From Nocardioidaceae bacterium (GTDB lineage: Bacteria > Actinomycetota > Actinomycetes > Propionibacteriales > Nocardioidaceae), in the NCBI GenBank assembly GCA_032154865.1, contig JALDXR010000001.1:1-36829 (forward strand): a stretch of 36,829 nt of DNA. Direction: 5' to 3'. Of this stretch, positions 8,350-16,830 are shown one piece after another (the first letter of the stretch is position 1; each line of letters opens with the position of its first letter). Position numbers and translations under genes: made by a program. Under the pieces are notes generated by a model. The model was not told the DNA's origin. It worked only from the letters and a program-made list of their open reading frames with translations, and did no database searches.

Positions 8350-8775
8350 ATGCCTCCGAAGATCAAGCGTGAGCTGACCGAAGACGACCTCCCCCGCTAC
8401 CTGTCGGAGTACCTCCGCCAGAAGGTCGTCGCCGATCAGCTGACCGCCAAGGTCAACGACATGAAGGCAACGATGATGGCCTACGTCGAGGCCAACGGGT
8501 ACGAGGACGACAAGGGGCACCAGTGGGTTGACATCGAAGGTGTCGAGGGGGTCAGTCATCTCAAGCGGGAGCGGCGCACCTCCACGTTCCTCGACACCGA
8601 TGTCGCCGAGCAGGAGATGGAGAAGCTCGGGATGCTCAAGAAGTGCACCAAGATCGTGCGGGAGTTCGACGAGGACAAGATGCTGGCGCTCGCCTACGAG
8701 AATCAGATTCCGCGCACTGTCGTGGACAAGTGCTATGTCGAGAAGACCTCGTACGCCTTCAAGCCCACAGCGTGA
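8350..8775 (+). CDS. hypothetical protein (N-terminal coiled coil + beta-rich C-terminal half)
   Basis: 141 aa, GC3-rich. The layout resembles the protein at 28917-29315. A Gam/Gp157-like architecture is only a guess. Confidence 0.7.
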   Translation: MPPKIKRELTEDDLPRYLSEYLRQKVVADQLTAKVNDMKATMMAYVEANGYEDDKGHQWVDIEGVEGVSHLKRERRTSTFLDTDVAEQEMEKLGMLKKCTKIVREFDEDKMLALAYENQIPRTVVDKCYVEKTSYAFKPTA

Positions 8776-8785
8776 GCGCGTCGGC

Positions 8786-8965
8786 TTGGAGGGCCCGCTG
8801 GTCAAGTGGCTCGACCGGCCACCGCTGGTGCACATGAAGAAGGAGATCATGGGCTCCGCCGGCGTGACCCGGTGTGGGATCCCGTACGAGGCCAACGACC
8901 GGGAGCCGACGCGGACCACGGCGTGGTACTCGGAGTGCACCTGCGATGAATGCTCACCGTCATGA
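8786..8965 (+). CDS. small Cys-rich protein (start uncertain)
   Basis: Very high GC3 from about 8777 to TGA 8963-8965. TTG 8786 or ATG 8834 are possible starts. Its stop overlaps ATG 8962 (ATGA). Contains RCG...ECTCDEC. Confidence 0.4.
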   Translation: MEGPLVKWLDRPPLVHMKKEIMGSAGVTRCGIPYEANDREPTRTTAWYSECTCDECSPS

Positions 8966-9429
8966 GTGATGATGACGTCGATGCTCTGGATGCCGTCATC
9001 TTTCCGGGCGGGGTGCCATCTCGACGGGCGCTCGTCGAGCGCGGCGCCCCGCCCCCGGAGACGCCGGCGAGCATCGAACTGGCGTGGGACAACAACCCGC
9101 AGCACCGGTTCGAGAAGTATCTCCACGGCGAGAAGGTCGAGGTGTTCACCGTCGGGGCGCTCGCCGAGGCCCTCGGTGTGTCGACCAAGGCGATCTACAA
9201 GTGGGAGCGCCAGCGGGTCCTGCCACCGTCGCGGTACCGGGCGCCCGAGCCCCAGGGCAAGCTGCCCGGCAAGGTTCCCGCCGGCCGGCGCTTCTACACT
9301 CGGGCTCACATCGAGGCCGTGGTCGAGGCAGCCAGGGAGGCCCACGTTCCCTACCGACCGAAACAGCCCCGACCAGACTGGAAGCTGTTCACCGCTCTTG
9401 TTGTACGATCGTGGAAGGCCCTCGGCTGA
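8962..9429 (+). CDS. MerR/excisionase-family helix-turn-helix DNA-binding protein
   Basis: ATGA overlap with the upstream small ORF; an alternative ATG is at 8950. FTVGALAEALGVSTKAIYKWERQRVLPP is a typical MerR-superfamily HTH. Confidence 0.7.
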   Translation: MSDDDVDALDAVIFPGGVPSRRALVERGAPPPETPASIELAWDNNPQHRFEKYLHGEKVEVFTVGALAEALGVSTKAIYKWERQRVLPPSRYRAPEPQGKLPGKVPAGRRFYTRAHIEAVVEAAREAHVPYRPKQPRPDWKLFTALVVRSWKALG

Positions 9430-9462
9430 CACACACTTGACCACCAAGCTCATGGAGGACTG

Positions 9463-10221
9463 ATGCCGCTCTCGATCAAGAAGTCCACACCACCGCCGAA
9501 GAAGCTCGCGCTGAAGAAGAAGGCGGCGACGAAGAAGTCGTTCGCCCGGGCTCCTTCCGACAGCGGCAACGGTCCGCGGCCGACCAAGAAGTTGAGCGCC
9601 GCCAAGAAGGGTGGCGCCGCCCGGCGACGGGTGGATGCGGCAGCGCTCAACAAGCCGGACTGGGGCGAGGGCATCGACAACGACCTCCTCCGTGGCTTCC
9701 GTCCCAAGGCCGACAGTGAGACCGTGATCAAGTTCCTCGACGAGCGTCCGTACGCCAACGTGCTGATCCACTGGCTCGATGAGCGTGACCGTCCGGTGGG
9801 CCGGCGGTCGTTCCCCTGCCTCGGCGAGGGCTGCCCACTGTGCGGCATCGGCGACGAGCCCAGCGGTGAGCACCGGATCAACATCGCCATCATCAGCGAT
9901 GTCGCGCCGGTGCACCACAGCTACACGCCGCCTAAGACGGTGTTCAACAAGATCAAAGCCTTCGCCAGTTCGGTGCGTACCAAGCCATTGCCTCGCCGGT
10001 ACTACCTGCTCCAGCGGGAGGGCTCGACGAAGACCAACACTCGCTATGAGCTGACCGACTACCGGCGCGACGAGGATGTCCTGGAGGACTTCCCGGACTA
10101 CTACCTGCCGTCGCAGGAGGAGATCGAGGCCATCGAGAAGTTCACCCTCGATGACTTCGAGAAGGAGATCGCGAGCTTCGAGGAGCTGGAGGATGTCGTG
10201 CGGGAGATCACCGGCGAGTGA
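9463..10221 (+). CDS. putative ssDNA-binding protein (Zn-containing, acidic C-terminal tail) with Lys-rich N-terminal tail
   Basis: ATG follows GGAGGACTG. N-terminus: KKSTPPPKKLALKKKAATKK...KKLSAAKKGG. CLGEGCPLCG cysteine cluster. Acidic C-terminus: FEKEIASFEELEDVVREITGE. It sits directly upstream of the polymerase and is coupled to it by a GTGA overlap. The function is inferred from architecture only. Confidence 0.5.
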   Translation: MPLSIKKSTPPPKKLALKKKAATKKSFARAPSDSGNGPRPTKKLSAAKKGGAARRRVDAAALNKPDWGEGIDNDLLRGFRPKADSETVIKFLDERPYANVLIHWLDERDRPVGRRSFPCLGEGCPLCGIGDEPSGEHRINIAIISDVAPVHHSYTPPKTVFNKIKAFASSVRTKPLPRRYYLLQREGSTKTNTRYELTDYRRDEDVLEDFPDYYLPSQEEIEAIEKFTLDDFEKEIASFEELEDVVREITGE

Positions 10222-12374
10222 TCATCACGACGGCGTCCGACCTGCGGGACATCGTCGATGAGTACCGCCGGAATGATGCCTTCGTCTTCGACCTGGAGAC
10301 GGTCTACCGTCCGACACCGGAGGAGCGTGCCCGTTTCGCTCGGCTCGACGCGCTGACCAAGAAGCAGCGCCGGCCCGACGATCAGGCGTGGTATGAGCTT
10401 CATCGACTGCGGGCGACCGACCCGCTCGTCAACGAGGTGATCTGGATCGGGCTGTCGACCTACGGGCGCTCGGACTGCGTGCCCGTCGGCCACCCCAAGG
10501 GCGAGCTGATCGAGGCGGCGCACGAGATCCGTCAGCTGGCTGAGCAGGTGTACGCCGAGGGCGACCCGCGGCTGTACACACCGACCGGTGCGGTCTCCAA
10601 GCGTCAGGTCAAGACGATCGTGCCGGCGACCTACGAACCCCCGCCCGAGCAGCTCGACGTCGTCGAGGCGTTCCAGATCCTGCGCCCGCTGTTCTTCGAC
10701 ACCGGCATCCGTAAGGTCAACCAGGAGCTGAAGTTCGACATCAAGACCACCGTCAAGTACTACGACGGTGAGTTCATGCCGGGCCCGTACGGTGACATCG
10801 CTGTTGGTCAGAGTCTGGTCGACGAGAACGCCTTGATGAAGTCGAGCTTGGAGAACGAGGTCAAGTACCACTTCGAGCACACCTACGACAAGCTCGGCGC
10901 CAAGGGCGTGCAGAACTTCAGCTTCTCCAAGGCCGCCCGCTACACCGAGCAGGACGCCCGCTTCGCTTGGCTGCTGTGGACCAGGCGGATCCTGCCGTAC
11001 CTGATGCGCAACCCGGAGCTGTGGGCGTACCACGAGGCCGTCGAGCAGCGCCTCTATGGCGTGTTGATGCGCAAGGAGTACCGGGGCATCGACATCGACA
11101 CTGCCAAAGTCGAGAAGCTGCGCCCGGTATTCACACAGAAGATGAACGAGGTGCTCGACAGATTGATTGTCGACTACGGGGCGCCGGCAGACTTCAACCC
11201 CAATGCCAATGCTCAGATCTCGGAGCTGATCTACAAGAAGTACAAGGCTACTGTGGTCAAGCGGACGGAGAAGACGAAGGCGCCGTCGACCGACGCCGAG
11301 ACTCTGCAGCGGGTCAGCAACACCATTGATGATGACGGCATGCCCACGCCGGCAGCCGAGGTGGCCAACCTCCTCCTCGACTACGCCGAGAACCAGAAGA
11401 TGCTCGGTACCTACATCATCGGTATGGGCTCACGCCTGGATCACAACGGGCGACTGCACCCCAACTTCCTCCAGTACTCCACCGACACCGGGCGGCTCAG
11501 CTGTCGCGAGCCCAACGTCCACAACATCCCTCGCGAGTCCGACATGCGGGAGATGTTCGTCGCCCCACCCGGCTACGTCGTGATCGGTGTCGACTACGAC
11601 CAGATCGAGCTGCGCTTCATCGGCATGTGTGCCGACGATCCTGAGCTGCAGCGGATCTTCCGCTCCGGGGAGGACGTGCACGCCGGCACGGCAGCAGCGG
11701 TGCTCGGTGTCGACATCAGCACTGTGGATCCTGAGCGACGCAACCACTACGGCAAGATGCCCAACTTCATGCTCGGCTACGGCGGTACCGCCTATGGTCT
11801 GGCCGGCAAGCTCAACATCCCGATCGAGCACGCCGAGAAGCTGCTCGCCGACTACTACCGGACGTTCTCCCGGATCAACCCGTGGAAGACCCGGGAGCTG
11901 CGCGCCGCCCGGCATCGGGCCGAGTACAGCCAGGTCAACGGGGATCGTCATCTGGTCGTGCCGCCGTACGTGGAGACCCAGCTCGGTCGCCGGCGCCGGC
12001 TGCCGCATCTGTTGATCAACCCGAGCCGGGCGAAGAGCAAGGAGGAGTGGAAGCGGCTCAAGGGGATGCTCCGGCACGCCGAGCGTCAGGCGATCAACGC
12101 GATCATCCAGGGCACCGCCGCCGATGTGATCAAGGTCGCGATGATCGACCTGCAGGAGTTCATCGACACTGACGGGTTCCCACTGCAACTGGTGATGAAC
12201 ATCCACGACGAGCTGGTCGCGATCGCCCCCGAGCGGCACGGCGAGGAGGCGAGGGAGATCATGGAGTCGATCATGTCCGACGTGGTCAACCCGTTCACCC
12301 GCGAGCCGTTCCTACGCGGATGGTGCGACCTCGTAACCTCGGGGGTGGTCGACTACTGCTGGAGGAAGTCGTGA
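10218..12374 (+). CDS. polA: family-A DNA polymerase (Pol I-like) with 3'-5' exonuclease domain
   Basis: Exo I FVFDLET. Motif A VDYDQIELR. Motif B RRNHYGKMPNFMLGYGGTAYGL. Motif C VMNIHDELV. 718 aa. Confidence 0.95.
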   Translation: MIITTASDLRDIVDEYRRNDAFVFDLETVYRPTPEERARFARLDALTKKQRRPDDQAWYELHRLRATDPLVNEVIWIGLSTYGRSDCVPVGHPKGELIEAAHEIRQLAEQVYAEGDPRLYTPTGAVSKRQVKTIVPATYEPPPEQLDVVEAFQILRPLFFDTGIRKVNQELKFDIKTTVKYYDGEFMPGPYGDIAVGQSLVDENALMKSSLENEVKYHFEHTYDKLGAKGVQNFSFSKAARYTEQDARFAWLLWTRRILPYLMRNPELWAYHEAVEQRLYGVLMRKEYRGIDIDTAKVEKLRPVFTQKMNEVLDRLIVDYGAPADFNPNANAQISELIYKKYKATVVKRTEKTKAPSTDAETLQRVSNTIDDDGMPTPAAEVANLLLDYAENQKMLGTYIIGMGSRLDHNGRLHPNFLQYSTDTGRLSCREPNVHNIPRESDMREMFVAPPGYVVIGVDYDQIELRFIGMCADDPELQRIFRSGEDVHAGTAAAVLGVDISTVDPERRNHYGKMPNFMLGYGGTAYGLAGKLNIPIEHAEKLLADYYRTFSRINPWKTRELRAARHRAEYSQVNGDRHLVVPPYVETQLGRRRRLPHLLINPSRAKSKEEWKRLKGMLRHAERQAINAIIQGTAADVIKVAMIDLQEFIDTDGFPLQLVMNIHDELVAIAPERHGEEAREIMESIMSDVVNPFTREPFLRGWCDLVTSGVVDYCWRKS

Positions 12375-12718
12375 GTGCAGCCGTCATCGCGCCACACGAT
12401 CAACGACGGTTCCTGATGATCGCTTTCCATCCGTACGGGTCCGACGTGTGCAACCTGCTCGGGCTGCAGCAGCCGTCGCTCGATGTCGACGAGGTCGAGC
12501 GTCAGGCGGCCGGCGTCCCCTGGCACGTGCTGATGGGACAGGGTGGCGGTGGCGCCCAGAACCATGTCACGACGCTCCAGGTGCTCGGGCTCGCCAACCT
12601 CTACGAGGCAGCTGCAGCATCGTTGATCGAGGCCAACCACCCGCACTATCATCGGAGCCTCAGCGAAGATCTCGTCTCGTTCTTCATCGCTCTTGTCACT
12701 CTCGGAGGAGTCCAGTGA
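12371..12718 (+). CDS. hypothetical protein
   Basis: GTG 12371 follows GGAGGAAG and overlaps the polA TGA. 115 aa. Confidence 0.6.
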   Translation: MSAAVIAPHDQRRFLMIAFHPYGSDVCNLLGLQQPSLDVDEVERQAAGVPWHVLMGQGGGGAQNHVTTLQVLGLANLYEAAAASLIEANHPHYHRSLSEDLVSFFIALVTLGGVQ

Positions 12719-13158
12719 GTTCAGCCGACTGGTGGGCCGCTCGCCTGCGCGGTCAGCCCACGCCGCCGCCGGCGGCGATCCAGTACCCCGCCATCCCTCA
12801 ACAGTTCCAGCCGACGATCACCCAGCCGGCAACGCCGGTGACCCAAACGCTCGACATCGACACGTACAAGCAGCAGCTCGCCTATGCACTGCGGACCAAG
12901 GCGATCACGCCCGAAGCGGCGGCGGCGGAGTGGGCCAAGCTCGGCGGTGGCGACGGCACCAAGTTCGAGCCCGACAGCTGCCCCGAGTGCGGCGGTGTCC
13001 GCTACTACCACCGGCGGGTGCTGCGCACGATGAACGATCAGCTGCGCACGATGTCGATCCCGCCGGCGCCGATGTGCATGGACTGCGGGTACTCCGGCGC
13101 CGTGCTCGACCTGGCTCAGTACGCCGCCACCCACCCAGCTCCCCCGTCGGGCAGCTGA
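12715..13158 (+). CDS. Pro/Gln-rich protein with C-terminal zinc ribbon
   Basis: GTGA overlap at 12715-12718. CPECGG ... CMDCG. Confidence 0.6.
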   Translation: MSSADWWAARLRGQPTPPPAAIQYPAIPQQFQPTITQPATPVTQTLDIDTYKQQLAYALRTKAITPEAAAAEWAKLGGGDGTKFEPDSCPECGGVRYYHRRVLRTMNDQLRTMSIPPAPMCMDCGYSGAVLDLAQYAATHPAPPSGS

Positions 13159-14252
13159 TGGCCGTCGTCGACAAGAAGTCCAAGGAGCTGAAGCATCTCA
13201 CCGTCGATGAACTGATGGCCGAGGTGCGCAAGGAACACGGCGAGGGTGCCATCGTCCGAGGCGTCGACCGCGAGGTTCTCCCGCGCCTCACGACCGGCGC
13301 GATCGGGTTCGACCTGATGCTCGGTGGTGGCATCCCCGCCGGCCTGCCGAGCGAGGTGATCGGCGAGTTCTCCAGCGGCAAGACATCGTTCGTGCTCAAG
13401 ATGATCGCCGCCAACCAGCTGCTCGATCCGCGGTTCCTCGTGCTGTGGGTGGCCAGCGAGGAGTTCGTCGAGCCCTGGGCGGTGATGGCCGGCTGCGACC
13501 TCGACCGCATCGTCCGGTTCAAGACCAGCCACATGGAGGCGGCGCAGGACTACATCGTGAAGTTCACCGCCAACCGGGCGGTCGACATGATCGTCATCGA
13601 CTCGATGCCCGCCCTCACCCCGCTCGACGAGTACGAGGGGGACATGGCCGACAGCCTGCCGGCACTGGCAGCGCGGCTGAACAACAAGTTCTTTCGCAAG
13701 ATGGGGATGGCTGCGGCGAGCCCGATCATCGGCGGTGAACGGCTGTGCACCCTGCTGGTGGTCAACCAGTGGCGCTCGACGCTCAGCTCCATGGGTGACC
13801 CGCGCACCACGCCTGGAGGCAAGGGCAAGGACTTCGCCTACTTCACCCGCACCGAGCTGCGCCGGGCCGACTGGCTCCAGGAGACCAAGTCGACGCCCCG
13901 TATCGGGATCGCCATCGCCGCCCGGACGATCAAGAACAAGACCTTCGCTCCCCAGCGCACAGCGCTGGTGGACTTCTACTTCGCCCAGTACGGCAACATC
14001 CCTCCCGGCAGCTACGACGTGGCCAAGGACATCATGCTGGCGGCGGTGGAGCTGGACATCATCCGTCGCGGCGGCGCCACGTACCGCTTCAACGAGCGCA
14101 AGTGGATGGGCAAGGAGACCCTGCTGCGTGAGCTGCGGGAGGACCTCGACCTGCGCCGGCTGGTCTACTCCGAGACGATGCGGGCGGCCGGCCTGGTCCC
14201 CGACCCCGCCCTCGTCCAGGCCCCCCGTAAGCGCCTGGCGAGGAAGCGGTGA
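13158..14252 (+). CDS. recA: RecA-like recombinase
   Basis: ATG in a TGATG overlap. LTTGAIGFDLMLGGGIPAG, Walker A GEFSSGKTS, Walker B MIVIDSMPAL, then VVNQWR...PGGKGKDFAYF, colinear with RecA. The track ORF region 12693-13157 is out-of-frame sequence. Confidence 0.9.
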   Translation: MAVVDKKSKELKHLTVDELMAEVRKEHGEGAIVRGVDREVLPRLTTGAIGFDLMLGGGIPAGLPSEVIGEFSSGKTSFVLKMIAANQLLDPRFLVLWVASEEFVEPWAVMAGCDLDRIVRFKTSHMEAAQDYIVKFTANRAVDMIVIDSMPALTPLDEYEGDMADSLPALAARLNNKFFRKMGMAAASPIIGGERLCTLLVVNQWRSTLSSMGDPRTTPGGKGKDFAYFTRTELRRADWLQETKSTPRIGIAIAARTIKNKTFAPQRTALVDFYFAQYGNIPPGSYDVAKDIMLAAVELDIIRRGGATYRFNERKWMGKETLLRELREDLDLRRLVYSETMRAAGLVPDPALVQAPRKRLARKR

Positions 14253-14560
14253 CCGACCGCCGGGTCAAGGCCAGCCGCAAGCAGGAGGAGGCCACGGCCA
14301 AGGCGATCAACGGGCGCCGGCAGCCGGGCAGCGGGTCCGGGTGGGTGCACCGCAATGACGTGCGGTCGGACCGGTTCCTCGTCGAGAACAAACGCACCGA
14401 CAATGAGCGGACGATCACCATCAAGGCCGATGACCTCCGTCAGCTGAGGATCAATGCCATCCGGCTCGACCGGATCGGGGTGCTGGAGTTCTACCTCGGT
14501 GGGCACAACTATGTGGTCCTTCACCGTGATGACTTCTCGGAGTATGTTGAAGGTCAGTGA
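14249..14560 (+). CDS. small PD-(D/E)xK nuclease, Hjc-like putative Holliday-junction resolvase
   Basis: GTGA overlap with recA. GSGSGW..NDV(R)SD..LVENK gives a D...ExK arrangement in a roughly 100-aa protein. Confidence 0.6.
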   Translation: MTDRRVKASRKQEEATAKAINGRRQPGSGSGWVHRNDVRSDRFLVENKRTDNERTITIKADDLRQLRINAIRLDRIGVLEFYLGGHNYVVLHRDDFSEYVEGQ

Positions 14561-14919
14561 ACGATGATCGGGTCGCTCGCTACGGTCTGTCGGCGTGGGC
14601 CTTCTTCTTCGTCGATGAAGAGGTGCGCGCTGCAGTCACGGGCTGGATGCTGCAGGGGAAGTGCTTCGACTCCGGGCTCGGGGACCTGTTCGTCCCCAAG
14701 GTCGGCTCCACCACGGCCACCCACGACCGCAACCGGGCGATCGCGATCTGCAACGGCACCGAGGACGGGCGCCCGTGTCCGGTGAGAGACGCCTGCGGCG
14801 AGTACGCAATCGTCCACGGGATCACCAGGGGGGTGTGGGGCGGGATGTCAAGCCGGCAGCTCAAGCTGGCAATCAAAGAGCGAACAAAGCTCGGCGTCGA
14901 AAGCCCGCAGTACCACTAG
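14557..14919 (+). CDS. whiB: WhiB-family Fe-S transcription factor
   Basis: Four Cys (C..CNGTEDGRPCPVRDAC) followed by the GVWGG turn and a basic tail. GTGA overlap at the start. Confidence 0.9.
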   Translation: MNDDRVARYGLSAWAFFFVDEEVRAAVTGWMLQGKCFDSGLGDLFVPKVGSTTATHDRNRAIAICNGTEDGRPCPVRDACGEYAIVHGITRGVWGGMSSRQLKLAIKERTKLGVESPQYH

Positions 14920-14930
14920 AGCTGGGCTGG

Positions 14931-15788
14931 GTGAAGGACACCTTCACCAAGCCGCAGCACCCACTGGTCGGAGCGATCCAGCGTCACGTGGTGCTGATGA
15001 ACGAGGGGCGCAACGTCGGGCGCGACACCAAGCACCTCCATGCATCAGAGATGTGCAAGCAGGACTGGTGCCCGCGTCAGAGCCTGTACCGGATCCGGGG
15101 CGAGCCCGAGGAGGGCGATCAGACCCCGTGGTGGAGGCTGGCCAACATCTACGAGGAGGGCCACTTCATCCATGACAAGTACCAGACCTGGCTGTGGGAG
15201 ATGGGCGTGCTTGAAGGGATGTGGGCGTGCCGGGTCTGCCACCACCGGTGGTGGGCGGTGTCGCCGGCGGTGTGCGCCCGGTGCGCATCGTCGTTCATCC
15301 GCTACGCCGAGGTGCCGTTGGAGTCCGAGGAGCTGATGCTCGTCGGGCACGGCGACGGGATCTGGAACGACGCCGCCGAGTCGGGAGCCCGGGCGCTGAT
15401 CGAGGTCAAGTCGATCGGTCTGCGCTCGATCGAGCTGGAGGTGCCGGCGTTCTACAAGAAGTACGCCGAGCACGAGGTCGACCTCGTCGGGCTGTGGAAG
15501 CTGATCAAGCGTCCGTTCCCGCAGCACGTACGCCAGGGCATGCTTTACTGCCGCGTCACCGACATCCACGACATCGTGTTCTTGTACGAGTTCAAGGCGA
15601 ACCAGGACTTCAAGGCGTTCACCGTCAAGTACCAGCCGGCGTTGATCCAGTCCCGCGTCGACGATGCACTGGCGGTGAAGGAGGCGTTGAAGACCGGTGG
15701 TATGGTCCGGCGTCCGACGTGGGCTCAGGACGAGGACAACGCAACGTGTAAGGCCTGTCCGTTCCGCTCGACGTGCTGGCACCTATGA
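14931..15788 (+). CDS. Cas4/RecB-family PD-(D/E)xK exonuclease with Fe-S cysteines
   Basis: GHGDGIW ... LIEVKS nuclease core. One N-terminal Cys plus a C-terminal CKACPFRSTC (CxxCx5C), as in Cas4. An extra CRVCHH...CARC ribbon is inserted. The start (GTG 14931) is approximate. Confidence 0.85.
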   Translation: MKDTFTKPQHPLVGAIQRHVVLMNEGRNVGRDTKHLHASEMCKQDWCPRQSLYRIRGEPEEGDQTPWWRLANIYEEGHFIHDKYQTWLWEMGVLEGMWACRVCHHRWWAVSPAVCARCASSFIRYAEVPLESEELMLVGHGDGIWNDAAESGARALIEVKSIGLRSIELEVPAFYKKYAEHEVDLVGLWKLIKRPFPQHVRQGMLYCRVTDIHDIVFLYEFKANQDFKAFTVKYQPALIQSRVDDALAVKEALKTGGMVRRPTWAQDEDNATCKACPFRSTCWHL

Positions 15789-16279
15789 CTCTGCGCATCA
15801 AGAACAACAACAGTGTGTTCGCCCAGGCCGAGCGCATCGCTGCGTCCTACGGGTTCACCCGCCCGGATACTCCGAGCCCGCAGGCACCGATGGTGCCGAT
15901 GGATCTCGGTGAGCTGACTCCCGACGAGATGATGAACCTGTTCGCCGAGTTCTCCGCCTGGGCCGGCTACGCCGCGATCAAGGTCGCCGAGGCCGAGGCG
16001 GCAGAGGAGGACACCGAGGGTGATCTCAAGGTGGCTGAGGCCAAGTTCATCATCAATGAGATGGAGGTGGGTGGCGAGGAGAAGGTCACCGTCGCCCGGT
16101 CGCGACGAGACTCCGATCCTGAGGTTATACGGCTGCGCAAGTTGCTGCGCAAGCGGAGAGCTGTGCGCAAGCTGTTGACGACCTACTTCAACAACTATGA
16201 ACGGTCGGCGGCGGTGCTGTCTCGGGAGCTGACCCGGCGCAGCACGTTGTTCCCGCAGGAGATGAGGAGCAGTAAGTGA
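15785..16279 (+). CDS. hypothetical protein (coiled-coil, basic C-terminus)
   Basis: ATGA overlap at 15785-15788. 164 aa. Confidence 0.65.
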   Translation: MTLRIKNNNSVFAQAERIAASYGFTRPDTPSPQAPMVPMDLGELTPDEMMNLFAEFSAWAGYAAIKVAEAEAAEEDTEGDLKVAEAKFIINEMEVGGEEKVTVARSRRDSDPEVIRLRKLLRKRRAVRKLLTTYFNNYERSAAVLSRELTRRSTLFPQEMRSSK

Positions 16280-16830
16280 CCGTGCTGGGTATCGATCCAG
16301 GGATGAGCGGTGCGATCGCCTACGTCCACCAAGGCAAGCTCCTGGAGGTCGCCGACATGCCGGCGGTCGGCGGTGACATCAGCGGGCCCCTGCTGCATCA
16401 GATGGTGCGCATGATCCCGGTGGAGTGGGCTGCGGTCGAGCGGGTTCACTCGATGCCCAAACAGGGTGGGGCGACAACGTTCAAGTTCGGCATGGCCTAC
16501 GGCATGGCTCGGATGGCGGCCGGCGGTCTGCTCGTGCCGATGGTCGAGCCCACGCCGAACGTGTGGAAGAAGCACTTCAACCTCAGCTCGGACAAGGAGA
16601 AGTCACGGCTGCTGGCACTGAAGCTGTTCCCGGACAAGTCCGAGCTGTTCAAGTTCAAGAAGAATGAAGGGCGGGCTGAGGCAGCGCTGATCGCACTGTG
16701 GTGCGAGCGCCTACACGCGGCTCCGAACTACGCTGACCCCGATGGCACACCTGAACGTGTCCCTCGACTTCGACTCCGTATCAGAGCAAGCGACCGGGAG
16801 CGGCTGGCGCGTCATCGACTGGCTCGATGA
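16276..16830 (+). CDS. ruvC: RuvC-like Holliday-junction resolvase
   Basis: GTGA overlap at the start. N-terminal VLGIDPGMSGAIA (RNase H-fold catalytic Asp), VERVHSMPKQG, and C-terminal NEGRAEAALIALW. The last roughly 30 codons are Arg-rich with low GC3 and overlap the next gene. Confidence 0.85.
   Translation: MTVLGIDPGMSGAIAYVHQGKLLEVADMPAVGGDISGPLLHQMVRMIPVEWAAVERVHSMPKQGGATTFKFGMAYGMARMAAGGLLVPMVEPTPNVWKKHFNLSSDKEKSRLLALKLFPDKSELFKFKKNEGRAEAALIALWCERLHAAPNYADPDGTPERVPRLRLRIRASDRERLARHRLAR

Noticed and set aside
8962-9429. The MerR/excisionase-type HTH as evidence of a lysogeny module.
   Set aside because: No integrase, CI-like repressor pair or attP-like repeats are present in the window, and the gene sits inside the replication block. 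It is treated as a generic DNA-binding protein.
6675-9918. Very long minus-strand ORFs (6675-8261, 528 aa; 8167-9918, 583 aa). Others are similar: 872-1708, 10101-11033, 23932-25095, 32823-33857, 33939-34880 and 35633-36694.
   Set aside because: They lie antisense to genes with clear conserved motifs (SNF2, polA and others). Their products are Arg/Gly/Pro/Leu-rich with no motifs. They are the expected stop-free shadow frames of GC3-rich coding DNA.
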